From: Eledone cirrhosa
Taxonomy: Eukaryota
Assembly (NCBI GenBank): GCA_964016885.1
Contig: OZ024766.1
Coordinates: 496,001 to 560,000 of the forward strand
DNA length: 64,000 nucleotides
Direction: 5' to 3'
The notes below the pieces were generated by a model. The model did not search any database. It saw nothing but the letters and a program-made list of their open reading frames with translations, and had not been told where the DNA came from. Positions within the stretch are counted from its first letter, which is position 1, and each line of letters starts with the position of its first letter. Shown here piece by piece: positions 59,595-64,000 of the stretch. The position numbers and the translations under genes were made by a program.

Positions 59595-60867
59595 CTGTAT
59601 ATATATATTGTGGAATTTACACAACCAATGGTATGTATAATGTGGAATATATGCAGTTAACAGTATTTGTGTATATATTGTCCAATATATGCAGTTAATG
59701 GTGTGTGTATATTGTTGAGTATGTGCAAATTTTCGTCTGTATATATATATATATCATGAAATATATGCAGTTAATGGTGTGTGTATATTGTTGAGTATGT
59801 GCAAATTTTCGTCTGTATATATATATATATATATATCTCATGAAATATATGTAATTAATGGTGTGTATATTATGTACGATATGTTTTATGATATATGTGT
59901 ATATAGTGGTATATATGCAGCGTATATTATGTATATAGTAGACTATATGTTGTGCACGATAAGTGTATATACAGTGTGTAATGGGTATATATATATATAT
60001 ATATAGAACTATATGCTGTGAATGATGTGTAGATATAAAAGTGTATATACAAAGAATGCTGTATATATATCTGACTATGTGTAGAGTAAGGTGAATGTAT
60101 GTATATATATATAATGGTGTATATGTTGTAAAGAGAATATCTGTCTTGTAAATGGACACAGTACTGGTGTTGAGTGCCTATATATGCAGAGTGAGTGTGA
60201 GTGTGAGTGGAGGCGTGAGTGTGAGTGGAGGTGTGAGTGTGAGTCTCATTGTTCTAGTGGTTAATTACCATTCCATTGACACCTACATATATGACAGCAG
60301 ACATACATACATACATGATGGCTGCCCCCTCGTTATCGAGTATGGCCATTGCACGATATACCATTATTAATAATTATTAATATTCAAAACAACAAACAGC
60401 GGAGGACGCGTTTCGCACCTTTCCGACAGACAACCTTTCCCCCGGAAAAAAACCCCAGTTGATGGATGTGAATCCGAAATATATAGGGACAATTAAATCT
60501 CTCCCAAGGTAACTCTCTCTCGTGTTGTTATTTTTATTTTATCCTTTACGCTCTTTCCTTCATTCCTCTACACGTCTTACACATCTTATACACGCCACGC
60601 ATCTCAACGTACACCCACTTACATCTCTCTCTCCGCCACCGGATCTTGTTACCAGGAGATTTACCCATTTGCATTGTCAAGGCTTCCAAACGACTTAAAG
60701 ATATTTACTAATTATTAATTAATTCTATCGTGCAATGCCTGTGCGTGAAGATATTTTTTTACAGTGAGGAAAGACTGTGCACTGAGCCAATCCCACTCTC
60801 TGAGAGACAGTAGCTATAACCCGAAAAGAAGAAAAGATCAACATCATCGGTAACTACTGAGCTGCAG

Positions 60868-61745
60868 GTTTTATATCGGAGTTACCCCAGTTTCCTGAGT
60901 TGCCTTCTCCTAGAAGAATGCCCTGACAAAGGCTAGGGGTCCTTCACTCCCAGTGGTTTAATCGCGAGATCGGGTGTCCAGCCCGACTATTTCTATTACA
61001 TACATACATACATACTTCTGTTTTATATCGGAGTTATCCCAGTTTCTTGAGTTGCCTTCTCCTAGAAGAATGCCATGACAAAGGCTAGGGGTCCTTCACT
61101 CCCAGTGGTTTAACCGCGCGATCGGGTGTCCAGCCCGACTATTTCTATTACATACATACATACTTTTGTTTTATATCGGAGTTACCCCAGTTTCTTGAGT
61201 TGCCTTCTCCTAGAAGAATGCCCTGACAAAGGCTAGGGGTCCTTCACTCCCAGTGGTTTAATCGCGAGATCGGGTGTCCAGCCCGACTATTTCTATTACA
61301 TACATACATACATACTTCTGTTTTATATCGGAGTTATCCCAGTTTCTTGAGTTGCCTTCTCCTAGAAGAATGCCATGACAAAGGCTAGGGGTCCTTCACT
61401 CCCAGTGGTTTAACCGCGCGATCGGATGTCCAGCCCGACTATTTCTATTACATACATACATACTTTTGTTTTATATCGGAGTTACCCCAGTTTCTTGAGT
61501 TGCCTTCTCCTAGAAGAATGCCCTGACAAAGGCTAGGGGTCCTTCACTCCCAGTGGTTTAATCGCGAGATCGGGTGTCCAGCCCGACTATTTCTATTACA
61601 TACATACATACATACTTCTGTTTTATATCGGAGTTATCCCAGTTTCTTGAGTTGCCTTCTAGAAGAATGCCCTGACAAAGGCTAGGGGTCCTTCACTCCC
61701 AGTGGTTTAACCGCGTGATCGGGTCTCCAGTCTGACTATTTCTAT
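60868..61745. repeat. ~150-bp tandem (x6) arranged as a 300-bp dimeric higher-order repeat, inside element 60305-61755
   Basis: Lines at 60901, 61201 and 61501 are identical; alternating A/B variants. Confidence 0.9.
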
Positions 61746-62309
61746 GTCCCCGCGCATATACATACACAAGCACCCATGTACATACACATATACATACATA
61801 TGTACATGTGTATATATACATATTTACACACTTTAGGATGGCCGTTGGCTCTTATGAGTTCTTCCGCCCTTTGTCAGGTTTTGTTTTTTGTCCTGCGGGG
61901 TGTCCAAAATCACCCTCCTCACCAAGTAAACTTGGTGGGGTTGCCTGTTTAGTCGCCGACGACTAATATATATATATATTAGTATCTGTGCTCTGAAATA
62001 GCGATGTATGTATAGTATATTTGATAATATACTGTATGTTTATTTAAAAGCATTTTGAAGAACATTCGCTATGAGTTTTAAAGTATTGACTATGTCACTT
62101 ACTTGGTCTCGCCAAAAGCAAAGGGAAGCAACCGACAGCCGTTTCTCACTCCCTAGCAGTTATCAAGATTGCAAATCCCTTTATGATTTAATTTTCCTTA
62201 GACCCTAATTAATAATTGTTCAGGGAAACTACCACATATTCGCGGAATTGTAAATATCTTCTGAGATTTTTTAATGGCTTTTTGCGTGACATTATATATA
62301 TAGAGAGTA

Positions 62310-62500
62310 GGGCGGTGGATTGGCAGTATCGGTAGAGGGTCGGACGCCATGCTTTGACGCATAGAGTTACGGCCCTTGCCATTCTGAGTTCAAATCCCGC
62401 CGAGGTTGACTTTGCCTTTCATCCTTACGGGGTCGATAAAATAAAGTACCAGTAATGCACTGGGTAATTGCTGGCCTTGTGCCAATAGTAGAAACAATTA
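62310..62500 (+). mobile_element. SINE family C, full length (partial copies ~12555, 22730, 29040, 33140)
   Basis: TGGCAGTATCGGTAGAG head, GAGTTCAAATCC B-box-like, conserved tail. Confidence 0.8.
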
Positions 62501-62574
62501 TATATATAGAGAGTGTACCAGTAATACACTGGGATAATTGCTGGCCTTGTGCCTTAAGTAGAAACAATTATATA

Positions 62575-62995
62575 TAGAGAGAGAGGGAGACAGGGACATA
62601 CAGAGAGACAGGGAGGGAGGGAGACAGACAGACAGACAGAGAGACAGGGAGGGAGGGAGACAGACTGACAGACAGACAGGGAGACAGACAGACTGACAGA
62701 GAGACAGAGAGACAGGGAGGGAGACAGACAGACAGGGAGACAGACAGACAGAGAGACAGGGAGGGAGGGAGACAGACAGACAGGGAGATAGACTGACAGA
62801 CAGACAGGGAGACAGACAGACAGAGAGACAGGGAGGGAGGGAGACAGACAGACAGGGAGATAGACTGACAGACAGACAGAGAGACAGAGAGACAGGGAGG
62901 GAGGGAGACAGACAGAGAGACAGACAGACTGACAGAGAGATAGACAGACATACAGAGACAGACAGACAGACAGACAAAGAGACAGACAGACAGAG
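62575..62995. repeat. GACA/GGGA low-complexity tract
   Basis: Direct reading. Confidence 0.9.
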
Positions 62996-63144
62996 ACACA
63001 ATGAATTAAAAATAAAAAAAACGGATATAACTTCACATTCATATCTCAACAATGGCCACCGCCCCACCCCACCGCACTACAGCCCCACACCCCCCCGGGA
63101 GGGAAGGGGGGGGGGGCAGACACGTGAGGATATTGGTATGACTT

Positions 63145-63635
63145 CCACCATATCTATCATCACCATAGCTTGCATTACCATCATCATCATAAACTCCAAA
63201 ACTGGCACCACCACCACCACCATCACTATCACCACCACCACCATCACCACCACCACCATTACCATCACTTTCACCACTACCATCATCATCACCACCAACA
63301 TCACCACCATCACCACCACCACCACCATCACCATTACTTTCACCACCATCATCACCACAACCACCACAACCACCACCATCATCACCATCACCACCACCAT
63401 CACCACCACCACCATCATCACCACTACCACCCCACACTACCATCATCACCACCACCATCACCATCACCACCACCACCATCACCACCGCCATCACTACCAC
63501 CACCACCACCATCACCATTACCATCACTTTCACCACCACCATCAACACCACCACCACCATCACCACCACCATCACCACCACCACCATCACCACCACCACC
63601 ATCATCACCACTACCACCCCCACACTACCATCATA
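63145..63635. repeat. (CAC/CAT)n degenerate trinucleotide tract
   Basis: Direct reading. Confidence 0.9.
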
Positions 63636-64000
63636 CCACTGGAACAATGGTTACAAACACCAAATATTTGGAAGTCAATGAACTTTGTAGAACAAAAGAT
63701 GGCGGAGGCAGCATTTCTGCTGTTGAATTTTGTTGATGCATCTGTATATAATTGAGTCAGGTGCCCAACAGCTGAGCTCTTGCTGTCTAGGTCCCAAATC
63801 TTTATAATATAGCCATACTGTAAAGTGGAGGGGTAGAGAGGGCCCCTGAGTTCAGTAAGACAACCTCTCTAGTGCTGGTGGCATGGATAAAAGCACCCTG
63901 TCCAAGCTGTAAAATGGAGGGGTAGAGAGGGCCCCTGAGTCCAGTAAGGTGACCTCTCTAGTGCTGGTGGCATAGATAAAAGCACCCTGTCCAAGCTGTA

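Noticed and set aside
60410-60430. Possible first-exon donor AAG/GTGCGA for the acidic gene
   Set aside because: Lies within a probable transposon insert; no supporting evidence.
63039-63755. His-, Thr- or Gly-rich ORFs
   Set aside because: Degenerate (CAC/CAT)n tract open in most frames; no splice or start support.

Overview
AT-rich, microsatellite- and retroposon-dense animal genomic DNA, most likely a coleoid cephalopod (Octopus-like). The taxon is inferred from the [14 protein letters not shown] poly-finger style and the SINE/LINE content, not from a search. The left half (1-32.5 kb) is a tandem cluster of six minus-strand poly-C2H2 zinc-finger ORFs with no recognisable effector domain (10, 13, 15, ~14, ~20 and 19 fingers). 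The first three lie in near-identical 4.6-4.9 kb tandem duplicons whose flanks are almost unchanged while the finger arrays differ in number, order and DNA-contacting residues. All six share one short upstream motif. A ~240-bp foldback hairpin of finger sequence lies downstream of ZNF-5. At least six minimal type I hammerhead-ribozyme motifs (Penelope/retrozyme-like) are scattered through 22-60 kb. The right half holds LINE, SINE and DNA-transposon relics and many minisatellites, several derived from SINE or transposon parts. It also holds a three-exon minus-strand gene (59.6->51.6 kb) that I assembled by hand, encoding an acidic, low-complexity protein with ~25 AAETEVV heptads. Most ORFs in the supplied track are microsatellite or shadow-frame artefacts. 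Repeat boundaries were read by eye and are approximate.
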